From the human T2T-CHM13v2.0 reference genome, Homo sapiens, in assembly GCF_009914755.1 (NCBI RefSeq), contig NC_060925.1: a DNA stretch of 64,000 nt. One strand, 5' to 3'. Of the stretch, positions 41,371 through 54,190 are shown in pieces. A program made the position numbers and the translations under genes. Within the stretch, counting starts at the first letter, position 1. Every line of letters starts with the position of its first letter. The notes under the pieces were generated by a model that worked only from the letters and a program-made list of their open reading frames with translations, was not told the origin of the DNA and searched no databases.

Positions 41371-41393
41371 GGGGGGGGGGGGGGGCGGGGGGG
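41371..41393 (+). repeat. G15-C-G7 homopolymer
   Basis: Direct reading. Confidence 0.9.
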
Positions 41394-41819
41394 AAGTAAG
41401 ACATTTTTTCCTTGCTCATCAAAAGGTTCGTGGTTGGTAACTTCTAACAAAAGACAGATTAGCAACAGAAAAGTATAGCAAATTTACTTAGTAGAAGTTT
41501 CATGAGGCATGCGAGCCTTAAAAGTATGATTAGAACATTTAAAAATATGATATAATGGAAATAAACTTAGGAGGAGGACTTAGTGAGGTTTGTTCAGATT
41601 CTTAGTGGCCTCCCCATGTGACATTTTTTTCCCTCTGGGCATTGGTCAGGGCCCCTCTGGAATAAGGGGCTTATTACCTTCTCTCAGAACAGGTAGGTCT
41701 GAGAATTCTTTTGTGGACAGCTCTCAGGGGAGAAGGGCAGAAAAAATCAGAAAGTGACCTTTCTACCTCTTCGGTTTTCTCAGTTTTCTTCAGCTTATTT
41801 AGTATGTCAAGTTTGCATC

Positions 41820-42655
41820 TGATGAAAAAGCTGAACACTGTAAAATATTTAAAGAGGTTTATTCTGAGCCAATATGAGTGACGATGGCCAGGGAAAAGCC
41901 TCAGAAGATCCTGAGAAAGTGTGCCCAGGGTAACTTCTGTCTCCCTAAAACTTAGGGAAAGAACTTGCAGGCAAAGTCATAAATCAATACATGTAAAATA
42001 TACATTGTTCCAGCCTGAAAAAGCAGGACATGAAGTGGAAGGCTTATAAGTCATACGTGGATGCAAAGATTTTTCTGATTGGCAATTGGTTGAAAGAGTT
42101 AAACTAAAGACTTGAAGTCAGTAGAAAAAAATGTTTGAGTTAAGGTAAGGGAGTTTGTGGAAGCTAAGATTCTTGTTACATATATGAAGCCTCCATGTAG
42201 CTGGCTTCAGAAAGAATAGATGGTAAATGTCTCTTTTTGGACCTTAAAAGGTGTGAGCCTCACAGTTTATCTTTCCTAGATCTGGAAAAGGCCTAGCTGC
42301 ACTAATGGCAGATGCAAAATTTCCCCCACAAAAGATAGCTTTGCAGGGCCATTTCGAAATCTGTCATATAAATATATTTTGTGGTAAAATATTTTTATTT
42401 CTTTCAGTGTCTACTATCTGTCATGTGATGCTATATGGGAGTCAGGTTGGAATTTGGTATCTTATTGTTTTGTCAGTCCTGTGATCTCTATTTTAATGTT
42501 AATTCCACAATGGAGGGAGTGCAACAAGGTGTGCCCAATCCCCCTTCCCTCATGGCCTGAAATTTACTTTTTCAGATTGCTCTCAGCTCCACTGGCCAAG
42601 AAGGGGGATCCATTCAGTTGATTGGGCGGCTTAGGATTTTACTTTTAGATTTCAT
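41820..42655 (-). mobile_element. MER4-group LTR
   Basis: Left end aaatatttaaagaggtttattctgagccaa is the reverse complement of the LTR end at 44350-44407. Confidence 0.7.
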
Positions 42656-43039
42656 CAAGAAGCCATATTTGGAAGGATCATGTTCTGAACCCTGACAGAG
42701 GAGTTTAAAATTTTTCACATCTGTCTATTAACTCATCATAGACTAAACTAGTTTACGCAGTTAAATAAAATAATGAACTATTTCAAAACAAAATTTGACT
42801 CTAGTAGACAGTGTCTGCACAATCATAGCAATCCAGTTGTGAAAAATGTTATAAAAGAACCAAGAAATAACCATGTGACTACAAAACAATGAGGGATTAG
42901 GCATCAGAAGACTGAAAATAAGCAACATAGTTGAGTGTACTCTATTTTCCATCTCTCTCATTTTATTGTATTTACTCTTGCATTCCATGAGACAGTGTTT
43001 CTGCCTCTATCCAAAATTAGACCTCCTACTTGGGCTTTG

Positions 43040-46000
43040 TGTTGCAACCTCAGAAAATAATAATAATAATAATAATAAATCCCAAGCCCTGTCATTGACT
43101 GATTGGAAACTCTCTTGCCCAGGGAGATCTCAAAGAAATCTGAAAAACTAGTTCAGGCCATGCGGGAAGGGAGGTCAGACATGACTCCTTGTATGCCATC
43201 CCTTTGGAGTTTAGGCAAAACTGACCAGTATTGACATTAACACAGTGATTATAAGACTGACAAAACAGACTGTAGCAACAATAGCAGATTCCAACCTGAC
43301 TCTGGTGTAGAATCACATGACAGGTAACAGGCCCTGAAGGAAATAAAATATTTTACCCCAAAATGTATTTCTTTGACATGTTTTGGAATGGCCCTGCAAA
43401 GCCAATTCTTCTGGGGGAAATCTGAATTCTGTATAGAATTTGCTTCCCTTTCTAAGTCCTCGTGAGGATCCAGAAAACATTTAACTAAGAGTCTGACACC
43501 TTTTACCATCTATCCTCTCTGAAGCCTGCTACTTAGAAGCTTTCATAGGTTGATTAAAAAATTCTTGACTGGCAGTTGGTTGAAAGAGTTAAACTAAACA
43601 CTTGAGGTCTCTAGCATTACCATTGAATGCTAAATGACTGACCAGCATTAACATTAAAACAGAGATCATGAGACTGACAAAACAGATTCTAGGTGGTAAT
43701 AAGATACTAAATTTCAACCTGACTCTCATATAGCACCACATGACAGATAGCAAACCATGAAGTAAATAAAAATACTTTACCCTGGAACATACTTATTTGA
43801 CAAATTTTGAAATGGTCCTGCAAAGGTATCTTTTGTGGGGGAAATTTTGCATCTGTAGAGAAACTTGATTAATGCCGCTAAGCCTTTTCCAGATCCAGGA
43901 GAGAGTAAATGAGAGTCTGACATCTTCTAAGGTGCAAGAGAGACATTTGTCAACTATTCTTTCTAAAGCCTGCTACATGGAAACTTCATCTACATAACAA
44001 GAACGTTGGCTTCCAGGACCCCGTTATCTTAACTCGAGCATTTCTTTCTATAACAAAAACCTTGGCTTCCACAACTATGTAATCTTAAGCATTCCTTTCT
44101 ACTGACATTTTAAGTCTTTAGACAAAGCTTAACTCAAACAGTTGCCAATCAGAAAATCTTTGAATCTATTTTTGACTTGTAAACCTTGACTTTAAGATGT
44201 CTAAACTTTCTGGAACCAATGTATATCCTTCATGTATTGATTTATCTCTTTGATTGTAACTTTTGTCTCCCTAAAATGTATCAAACCAAGCTATAACCCA
44301 ACCACATTGGGCACATATTCTCAGGACCATCTGGGGCTGTGTCCTGGGCCATTTGGCTCAGAATAAACCTCTTCAAATATTTTAGAGTTTCACTTTTCTT
44401 CATCAACATTATTTGGTGCCCAATGCAGGACCTCAGAGAAGACGAAGGACTCTTCTCCCCAAAAGGAGTCATGTGAACTTGGAAATAAGGTACCAATTTG
44501 GGCTTGTTACCAGTGGAAAGTCTTGACTACAAGTTGTCCAGGTCCTGCTCCCAGACCTTGGTGTTTTCTCTTTTAGGAAGTTAGCATAAATTGGCCTTAA
44601 GTTCCCTGTCTCCAGGTCTCCAGACCATATTCTCCTGCTGCAGGCTTATTGAAAGCCTCCTGACTTTGAGGTTCTCCATAGGTGGAACTGGTAAGTAAGT
44701 ACTCCTGAGCCACAGATCCCTTATGTAGTTAATAGTACTTTGGTTTATTCTGAGCTGGTCTTTTCCTGGGAACTTGTTTCAGATTCTAATTTTGGATTCA
44801 CAGGTTCATTCTAGAGTTTTCTCCATTGCTTTTTTCTCCAAAAATTAGTCTCAATTGGTTCATCTGTGCATTTGCTTGAAAAACCTGATGTTTGTATAAG
44901 TGAATGAGAGACAACTTCTGAGCCCCACTGCACTGAAACCCACGCTACAGTCTGGCTCCTCCATTAAAAAACAAACAAACAAAAAAAAAAACTTGCAAAG
45001 CAAATTCTCAAAGATTGAGAAAAGACAAGGAGATGACCTCCTTTGGGGCACCCCTGGGGGTTTTATGGCACTCTACTTGCAAATGTTTGTGTAAATGTGA
45101 AGGTTTGAGAGCATGCTTGGTTTTCTAGTACTCTGGCTGGTTATGTATTATAGTCTGTTCTGGCACATTTTTAAACTGATGGGTAAATTCAGAGCTCAAA
45201 GTTGACCTGCAACTATAGAATTAAATATAGCATCTCCTAAATTCTCAATTTCTCTATTTTATTTTTCTGTTTTAAATGTACTGTTGCTTTTCTACTGGTT
45301 TTGAGATAAAACCCATTGTTTAAATTAAACCATCTTTTGCAAGCTGGTGAATCTGTATTGCTGTCTTGTGACTAGAGTTCTGAAATAAAACCTATGGGAT
45401 CTTTGTATCTGTGTATCTATGTTGAGTTGTGTTTATGTTACATGTACATGTATTTTCTTATATGTTGTAACTGCAAGGTATCAAATGGGCTTAAAAATAA
45501 AGGATTACTCATAAAGTCCAAATGCTCTTCAAGTTCACATGACAAGTAAATCTTCAATAAATAAGCTGGCTTTATAATTATTAGTAAAATAAAATTTGAA
45601 ATGCCTTCAGAATTGTCAGCATACATTTTTGTCTGGATTTATTGGTGAAATAGTTTTATATTTAGCGGTGTTTGTATTATAAGGTACCAAACTTTGTCAT
45701 GAAGGTTATAAAACTTTAAAACCCATCCCTTAATGATCATTGTGTAATTTTTTATAAATAAGACATTTAATACTGTTGATTTATTGAAAATAGGTAAAAC
45801 CTTAGTGGTTGGCCAAAAAAAAATCAAATAAACATATATTTAACATTTGGTTCTTATGTAGGTAAACACCTGAAATATTCACAGCCTATAAGAATGGTTA
45901 GCTGAAAAATAACTTTAATGATGACTAGCTTTGTCTAATATGTCAGTTTTTGTAAGTAACCTAGGAAAACTGTTTTAAAAAATAAATTAGGTAGCTTTAA

Positions 46001-47080
46001 TGGCATAAATGCTTATAAATGAACTTGTCATATAATTTAAAATCTTAAAGTTAAAGTAAATAATACTCATTAAGTGTCTGGATCATTTCTAATTTAAAAA
46101 ACAGAAAAACATATTTCTAAAATAATATAAAATGGTTCTCATCTATAAAATACTGATATATGACAGACAATTCAAGATTTACTACTTCCTAGGTTTTCAC
46201 AAAAATTTAAGGTTCTAAGAATAAAAATTCTAGTTAATATATAATTCTGTATTTAGAGAGTACCAAAGTAAATATTTTTATGGAAAAGAAATTATAATAA
46301 AGACATAAAAATATGTTCTTATTAAAAGGAAAATAATCTTTGTCAAATTCAAAGGCTATTATACAAATCCAAAGATGTATTTATTTTTAAAAATGGGTAA
46401 AAAGTATAATTTTGTATGAGAAAGAGACTTGTATAGTAAATGTAGTTCTAAAATAAAACAACTCATTATTTAAGAGGGAAATTTTGGACAAAACAGAAAG
46501 TCCAAGTATGTCATAAATAGTCTGTGTAAGATATGATAAGGTTTATAAAGAGAATTTATGAAAGAAAAGTTTTTGGAGACTAAAGCTACTCTTTCTTAGA
46601 TGGGAGGCTCAAGTAACTCCATCTTGAATGGTGATCTGCCCTATTGGCTTCTGATTAACTCCAGGGGAGAAGGCCTTTAAGATTTCCAGTTTATTTATTG
46701 CTCCTCGTGTAAGAACAGGTACTTATTATAAATCCTGCCCTTAGGTCAAACAACTTTTATGTTATCATACTTCAATTGTCCTACACATGCCTTCTGAATC
46801 ATTCCTTCCCTATGGCATATAAGTCCTGGGTTTTGGGGTTAATGGCACAGGAATTTGCCATCTCATCTCACTGCTGCCTGAGACACACACATGGCTTCTG
46901 TTCATAAGTCCCTATTAATTGTTTCTGCCTAAGAAACTGTATTTATCAGCCTCTATCTTCAGCATCTCAGCTTCCTCCAACTTTGGATAGGTTTGTATAG
47001 ACCTGCTCATTGTGAAACAATTTTGTATGTGACTAAGTTGTCGATAACTTAAAAAGAATTATTTGTATTAGTGTTTCTAG
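43040..47080 (+). mobile_element. MER4-group LTR(s), PBS and ERV1 internal sequence with nested LTR fragments
   Basis: LTR ends ...cagaataaacctcttc...catcaaca (44408), then PBS-like tggtgcccaatgcaggac (44414-44431) and AT-rich internal sequence; a further LTR at ~46590-47010. Confidence 0.6.
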
Positions 47081-47439
47081 AGATTGGGATTTAATATTAA
47101 AAATACACAAATAGAAAAACTACCTATAGGGTACTATGCTTATTACTTGGAAGATGAAATAATCTGTACACCAATCCCTTGTGACATGCAATTTACCTAT
47201 ATGACACCTACACAAGTACTTCTGAACCTATGTAATTGGATTGTTTGTAATGCAAAGGATAAATGCTTAAGAAGATAAATGCCGCATCCTCCATGATGGG
47301 CTTATTTCACACTGCATGCCTGTATCAAAACATCTCATGTATTCCACAAATATATACACCTAACATATACCCACAGAAATTTTGAAAAATAATTTGTGGA
47401 TTAAAACCAAAATGACACTCTAAAAAAATTAATTTTTTA

Positions 47440-48562
47440 TGTAGCAGTATTCAGATGTGGGGCCTTTAAGAGGTGATTTGGTTGTGAGGCCTCTGCTCTC
47501 ATAAATGAATTAATTAATTCATGGATTAATGGATTACCATAGAAGTGAGATTAACTTTATAAGAAGAAGAGAGATCTTGGCTAGCACATCAGACTGCTCA
47601 GCTCCCTCATCATGTAATGTCCTGTGCCACCTCATGCTCTGCAGGGAATCCACACTGGCAGAAGTGTCCCCACTGGTCCACCTGAGGCTCTGCAGGGAGT
47701 CCCCGCTGGCAGAAGGGTCCCCACTGGTCCACCTTAGGTTCTGCAGGGAGTCTGCGCTGGCAGGAGGGTCCCCACTGGTCCGCCTGAGGCTGTGCAGGGA
47801 GTCCGTGCTGGCAGGAGGGTCCCCACTGGTCTGCCTGAGGCTCTGCAGGGAGTCCCCGCTGGCAGGAGGGTCCCCACTGGTCTGCCTGAGGCTCTGCAGG
47901 GAGTCCACGCTGGCAGGAGGGTCCCCACTGGTCCGGCTTAGGCTCTGCAGGGAGTCCCTGCTGGCAGGAGGGTCCCCACCACTCATCCACCTGAGGCTCT
48001 GCAGGGAGTCCCCGCAGGCAGGAGGGTCCCCACTGGTCCCCCTGATGCTCTGCAGGGAGTCCCTGCTGGCAGGAGGGTCCCCACTCATCCACCTGAGGCT
48101 CTGCAGGGAGTCCCTGCAGGCAGGAGGGTCCCCACTGGTCCCCCTGATGCTCTGCAGGGAGTCCGTGCTGGCAGGAGGGTCCCCACTGGTCCTGCTGAGG
48201 CTCTTCAGGGAGTCTCTGCTGGCAGGAGGGTCCCCACTCATCCGCCTGAGGCTCTGCAGGGAGTCCCCGCAGGCAGGAGGGTCCCCACTGGTCCCCCTGA
48301 TGCTCTGCAGGGAGTCCCTGCTGGCAGGAGGGTCCCCACTCATCTGCCTGAGGCTCTGCAGGGAGTCCCCGCAGGCAGGAGGGTCCCCACTGGTCCCCCT
48401 GATGCTCTGCAGGGAGTCCGTGCTGGCAGGAGGGTCCCCACTGGTCTGCCTGAGGCTCTGCAGGGAGTCCGTGCTGGCAGGAGGGCCCTCGCTGCATGTG
48501 GACCCTTGCCCTTGGACTTCTCAGCCTACATAATTGTAAGGAATAAATGTATTTTCTTTATA
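47440..48562 (+). mobile_element. MST-type MaLR LTR interrupted by an internal VNTR
   Basis: gtggggcctttaagaggtgatt...catgtaatgtcctgtgccacctc [VNTR] ccttggacttctcagcct...aataaatgtattttctttata. Confidence 0.7.
47630..48490. repeat. 51-bp GC-rich VNTR, ~17 copies
   Basis: Unit cctgaggctctgcagggagtccccgctggcaggagggtccccactggtcca; 17 peptide repeats in ORF 47529-48533. Confidence 0.95.
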
Positions 48563-49219
48563 GAAAATGAACTAAGAGAATGTTATGGGTTTTCATAAAA
48601 GTGAATTTTTAAAATTCCTCATATTAGGAAACATAAAGAGGTAGTGGAATATTTATTTAAATATTGTTTTAACATAAACCCTACTATTTAATTATTCTAC
48701 ATATGCGCATTTTATGTGTGTTAACTAGAAACAGGGCTAGGCAGCCTTAGTGGAACTATGGTCTATTTCAAACTAAAATCTATGTATTAATATATTTATT
48801 AAATAGTAGTACTTAATGAAATTACTGAAGCTTTCTAGTGTCATAAACTGATGAAAATATAAGAGTTGGACAAGAGAGGGAGAGGTGTTTTCTCATCAAC
48901 AGATTGGTTCATTTTGGACATTACATGGCAATGGAAAGGAAGGTGTAGTTCCCTGCCATGGTTTTAGCACAACTCTTTGAAAACACAAGCAGCAAAGTTG
49001 CCACTGTGATTCAGTGATTGAGAAAAAATTACTTAAATATTCTGAAATTTTAATAACACGTTAGGAATAAATGTTATATACTGTTTTTACATATAAAAAA
49101 TAAAATTGATTACAGCTGTAGAAAATGAAACTCTAAAACAACTAGAAAATATATGGGTAAAGATTTGTCTAATGTATAAACAAAGACAACAAACAAAATA
49201 CCATGTATTCATGGATATA

Positions 49220-49425
49220 AAGATGTCAACAATTGAAACCAGGGACTGCTAGATGGGGAACGAGTCGGGGGAGATAAAGGTTAGAAAGCTAACTACTGGG
49301 TGCTATGCTCAGTTCTTGGGTAATGGGATCACCCATAACTCAAACCTCAGCATCACACGCTATACCCAGGTAAGAAACCTGCACATGTACCCCCTGAATC
49401 TAAAATGAAAGTTGAAAAAACAAAG
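49220..49425 (+). mobile_element. L1 3' end fragment
   Basis: aactactgggtgctatgctca...aaacctcagcatcacac...aacctgcacatgtacccctgaatctaaaa. Confidence 0.75.
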
Positions 49426-51097
49426 TAAATACTATGGAAAATAAATTAGGATTTGAAAAGAGAAAAAATATATATATATATATATTTGGGAATTAAAGAG
49501 TAGATTATTATTTTACTTGGAAAATTTTTTTGGATCTATGACAAAGCAAAAGATAAAGATTAGTAACATATAGCCATCACTTAGATATTATTAATATCAG
49601 AATAATGTAGACATATTTTTTAATTGCACACTTTACTAAAAAAGAATTTGCAGATAACACAAATACAAGACATTAATGATAAAAATGTAAACTATATCCA
49701 GAATATCTACAACAAGATCTCACTCTTACTGCTGAATTACAGAAAGAAAAAAAATAAATGATCATCAGTACTGTTGTGAATAAAGTAAAAAGATGTCACC
49801 AGGTTCTGCCCTCTGTCATGATAGATTGTTGAGAGGAAGCAACTTGGATATATAAATTAGAAATGAACACTTTTTTATTTAAAGACCTATCACAAAGAGA
49901 ATCGAGGAATTCTTTACATAGATATTCATTTCAGTGTTGTTTTAGATAAGCAAAAATTTTAATAAGCCTACATTTAAAATAAGAGAAAAATGTTTTATAA
50001 ATTCTGTTTCAAAGGCAAAATGTTATGAAACTTTAAATTATATCCAAAAATGTAATATTTCTTAAAGTAACTAAAGACATGAGCCTCTGTACACAATTTT
50101 ATTTATGCAGATATAGAGCTATATATGGCATGATTCTATAGTATATATAGAATCTATGGTATATTCTATATGATATATAGTATATATACTTCTATAGTAT
50201 ATATAGAATATAAAAAAGATACTATATATTATCCATATTATATATTAAAAATATATATTGAAAATAAATTTTTATAGGAAATATATTTGATGATGGTATT
50301 GCAGATAACTTTATTTCTTCTTTTTGCTTCATATATATGTTAAATTACCTATGGTGCTCATAAACTGCATTTACAGAGCAAAAAAAGATATTCCACAAAT
50401 ATAATCAATGTAATCAAAACCACATAATGGCATTGATCTGAATTTATTATTTTTTACATGAGGAAAAACTGAACGCATAATATCATTTCAAAAACAAAAG
50501 CTGGGTGGACATCTTGAACATTCTTGTCCAAATGCCACAGTCTCAGGCCCTATTGCCTTCTGAGCCAAGTTGAGGTAAGTAGATATACTAGAATGCTGTG
50601 GAAACTGAGGTAATGAAAGAAGTGATACAGTTTAAGGAGACAGAACGGGCATTGTGTAGTTAATTCAGCGTGACTTGCAGACTTAACAATGCGATAAGTT
50701 CATGGTCATGGTCACAGAAACATGAAAGAGAAACTGAGTTCAGCTGATGTACCTGACCACATCCAGTGCACATGACCCTCGCTTTTTCCTGGCCATGCTG
50801 GATTTCTTGGAGCTGACACACTTCCTCAGCAGAAAACTCTCTCCTCTTTTAGTTATCCCTGAGTGAAATGATCCTCATCTGGTTCCTGCATCCTTCACTG
50901 CTGTCCTTAATTACAATACCCTGATCTTTTATGTATAAAACTGGTCATATGAAATAGTAGAACCCATTTATTTGTCCTTTCTTTGCTCTTGGCGTCTCTC
51001 TCTTCCACAGGCCTGTGAGCTCTATAGGAGGAGGGATATCATCTCTCTAGTTCACAGTATCTCCCCACATTATAGCACAATGCCTAGAGCATGGCAG

Positions 51098-52548
51098 TCA
51101 CAGAATGCATACCTATGACACTGCTGAGTAGAAGTAGTCTCCCATAGTGCTCCCCAGACACAGAATATATACCTATGACATTGCTGAGTAAAAGCAGTCT
51201 CCCGTAGTGCTCCCCAAACACAGAACACATACCTATGACACTGCTGAGTAGAAGCAGTCTCCCATAGTGCTCCCCAAACACAGAATACATACCTATGACA
51301 CTGCTGAGTAGAAGCAGTCTCCCATAGTGCTCCCCAGACACAGAATATATACCTATGACATTGCTGAGTAAAAGCAGTCTCCCATAGTTCTCCCCAGACA
51401 CAGAATACATACCTATGACACTGCTGAGTAGAAGCAGTCTCCCATAGTGCTCCCTAGACACAGAATACATACCTATGACAGTGCTGTTGAGTAGAAGCAT
51501 TCTCCCATAGTGCTCCTCAGACACAGAATACATACCTATCACACTGCTGAGTAGAAGCAGTCTCCCATAGTGCTCCCCAAACACAGAATACATACCTATG
51601 ACACTGCTGAGTAGAAGCAGTCTCCCATAGTGCTCCCCAGACACAGAATACATACCTATGACACTGCTGAGTAGAAGCAGTCTCGCATAGTGCTCCCCAG
51701 ACACAGAATATATACCTATGACATTGCTGAGTAAAAGCAGTCTCCCATAGTGCTCCCCAGACACAGAATACATACCTATGACACTGCTGAGTAGAAGCAG
51801 TCTCCCGTAGTGCTCCCCAGACACAGAATATATACCTATGACATTGCTGAGTAAAAGTAGTCTCCCGTAGTGCTCCCCAGACACAGAATACATACCTATG
51901 ACACTGCTGAGTAGAAGCAGTCTCCCATAGTGCTCCCCAGACACAGAATACATACCTATGACACTGCTGAGTAGAAGCAGTCTCCCATAGTGCTCCCCAG
52001 ACACAGAATATATACCTATGACATTGCTGAGTAAAAGCAGTCTCCCGTAGTACTCCCCAGACACAGAATATATACCTATGACATTGCTGAGTAAAAGCAG
52101 TCTCCCGTAGTGCTCCCCAGACACAGAATACATACCTATGACACTGCTGAGTAGAAGCAGTCTCCCATAGTGCTCCCTAGACGCAGAATACATACCTATG
52201 ACAGTACTGTTGAGTAGAAGCAGTCTCTCGTAGTGCTCCCCAGACACAGAATTCATATCTATGACACTGCTGAGTAGAAGCAGTCTCCCATAGTTCTCCC
52301 CAAACACAGAATACATACCTATGACACTGCTGAGTAGAAGCAGTCTCCCATAGTGCTCCCCAGACACAGAATACATACCTATCACACTGCTGAATAGAAG
52401 CAGTCTCCCATAGTGCTCCCTAGACACAGAATACATACCTATGACAGTACTGTTGAGTAGAAGCAGTCTCCCATAGTGCTCCCCAGACACAGAATACATA
52501 CCTATCACACTGCTGTTGAGTAGAAGCCATCTCCCATAGTGCTCCCCA
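51098..52548. repeat. 60-bp VNTR (some 63-bp units), ~24 copies
   Basis: Unit cacagaatacatacctatgacactgctgagtagaagcagtctcccatagtgctccccaga; abuts an L2-like 3' end at ~51010-51095. Confidence 0.96.
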
Positions 52549-52597
52549 AATTTTCCATTCTTCAGTCACTTTCAAAAATATAACATTTAAAATTTAC

Positions 52598-53836
52598 GCT
52601 CTCCCTCTCCCCTCTCCCCTCTCCCCTCTCCCTCTCCCTCTCCCTCTCCCTCTCCCTCTCCCTCTCCCTCTCTTTCCATGGTCTCCCTCTGATGCCGAGC
52701 CGAAGCTGGACTGTACTGCTGCGATCTCGGCTCACTGCAACCTCCCTGCCTGATTCTCCTGCCTCAGCCTGCCGAGTGCCTGCGATTGCAGGGGCGCGCC
52801 GCCACGCCTGACTGGTTTTCGTATTTTTTTGGTGGAGACGGGGTTTCACTGTGTTGGCCGGGCTGGTCTCCAGCTCCTAACCGCGAGTGATCCGCCAGCC
52901 TCGGCCTCCCGGAGGTGCAGGGATTGCAGACGGAGTCTCGTTCACTCAGTGCTCAATGGTGCCCAGGCTGGAGTGCAGTGGCGTGATCTCGGCTCGCTAC
53001 AACCTCCACCTCCCAGCCGCCTGCCTTGGCCTCCCAAAGTGCCGAGATTGCAGCCTCTGCCCGGCCGCCACCCCGTCTGGGAAGTGAGGAGCGTCTCCGC
53101 CCGGCAGCCACCCCTTCCGGGAGGGAGGTGGGGGTCAGCCCCCACCAGGCCAGCCGCCCCGTCCGGGAGGGAGGTGGGGGGGTCAGCCCCCCGCCCAGCC
53201 AGCCGCCCCGTCCGGGAGGTGAGGGGCGCCTCTGCCCGGCCGCCCCTACTGGGAAGTGAGGAGCCCCTCTGCCCGGCCACCACCCCGTCTGGGAGGTGTG
53301 CCCAACAGCTCATTGAGAACGGGCCGGGATGACAATGGCGGCTTTGTGGAATAGAAAGGCGGGAAAGGTGGGGAAAAGATTGAGAAATCGGATGGTTGCC
53401 GTGTCTGTGTAGAAAGAAGTAGACATGGGAGACTTTTCATTTTGTTCTGTACTAAGATAAATTCTTCTGCCTTGGGATCCTGTTGATCTGTGACCTTACC
53501 CCCCAACCCTGTGCTCTCTGAAACATGTGCTGTGTCCACTCAGGGTTGAATGGATTAAGTGCGGTGCAAGATGTGCTTTGTTAAACAGATGCTTGAAGGC
53601 AGCATGCTCGTTAAGAGTCATCACCAATCCCTAATCTCAAGTAATCAGGGACACAAACACTGCGGAAGGCCGCAGGGTCCTCTGCCTAGGAAAACCAGAG
53701 ACCTTTGTTCACTTGTTTATCTGCTGACCTTCCTTCCACTATTGTCCTATGACCCTGCCAAATCCCCCTCTGCGAGAAACACCCAAGAATGATCAATAAA
53801 AAAAATAAAAATAAAAAAATAAAAAAAATAAAAAAT
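52598..53836 (+). mobile_element. SVA retrotransposon (hexamer, Alu-like, short VNTR, SINE-R, polyA)
   Basis: (CCCTCT)n 52599-52672; Alu-like domain; GC-rich VNTR ~53055-53300; SINE-R ending cacccaagaatgatcAATAAA; target-site duplication aaatttac at 52590-52597 and 53837-53844. Confidence 0.96.
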
Positions 53837-54127
53837 AAATTTACATCTCAGTTTTCTTTCACTTAGTAGCATTTTTGTATCCAATGTCTCTTGTGTTTTT
53901 GACTTCCTCTGAACTATTCTACAATTCTTGGAAGACAGAAAATTAATATTCAAGGGCAATGTTCCCCACATTCAATGTCCCTGATTGATATTATTCATCG
54001 AAGACTGCTACATCATCTTTTCTCCCTGCCATAAAACAGGGTTTTAAAACAATCGCAGATTTCACAATATTGTCACTTGGATGAATTACTATTTTTCAAT
54101 GATACTTCCTGGTTGATAATTATTGAT

Positions 54128-54190
54128 TATTGTGGTTTTTGCCATTAAAAGCAATGGCAAAAATTGCAATTACTTTTTCACCAACCTAAT
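54128..54190. mobile_element. MADE1 mariner MITE (partial)
   Basis: Palindromic ttgtggtttttgccatt-aaaagc-aatggcaaaaattgcaattactttttcaccaaccta. Confidence 0.8.

Noticed and set aside
40878-52548. Tandem arrays as CRISPR-like loci
   Set aside because: No unique spacers and no cas genes; mammalian minisatellites.
52562-53971. Cluster of ORFs over the SVA
   Set aside because: Generic SVA hexamer, Alu-like, VNTR and SINE-R translations.
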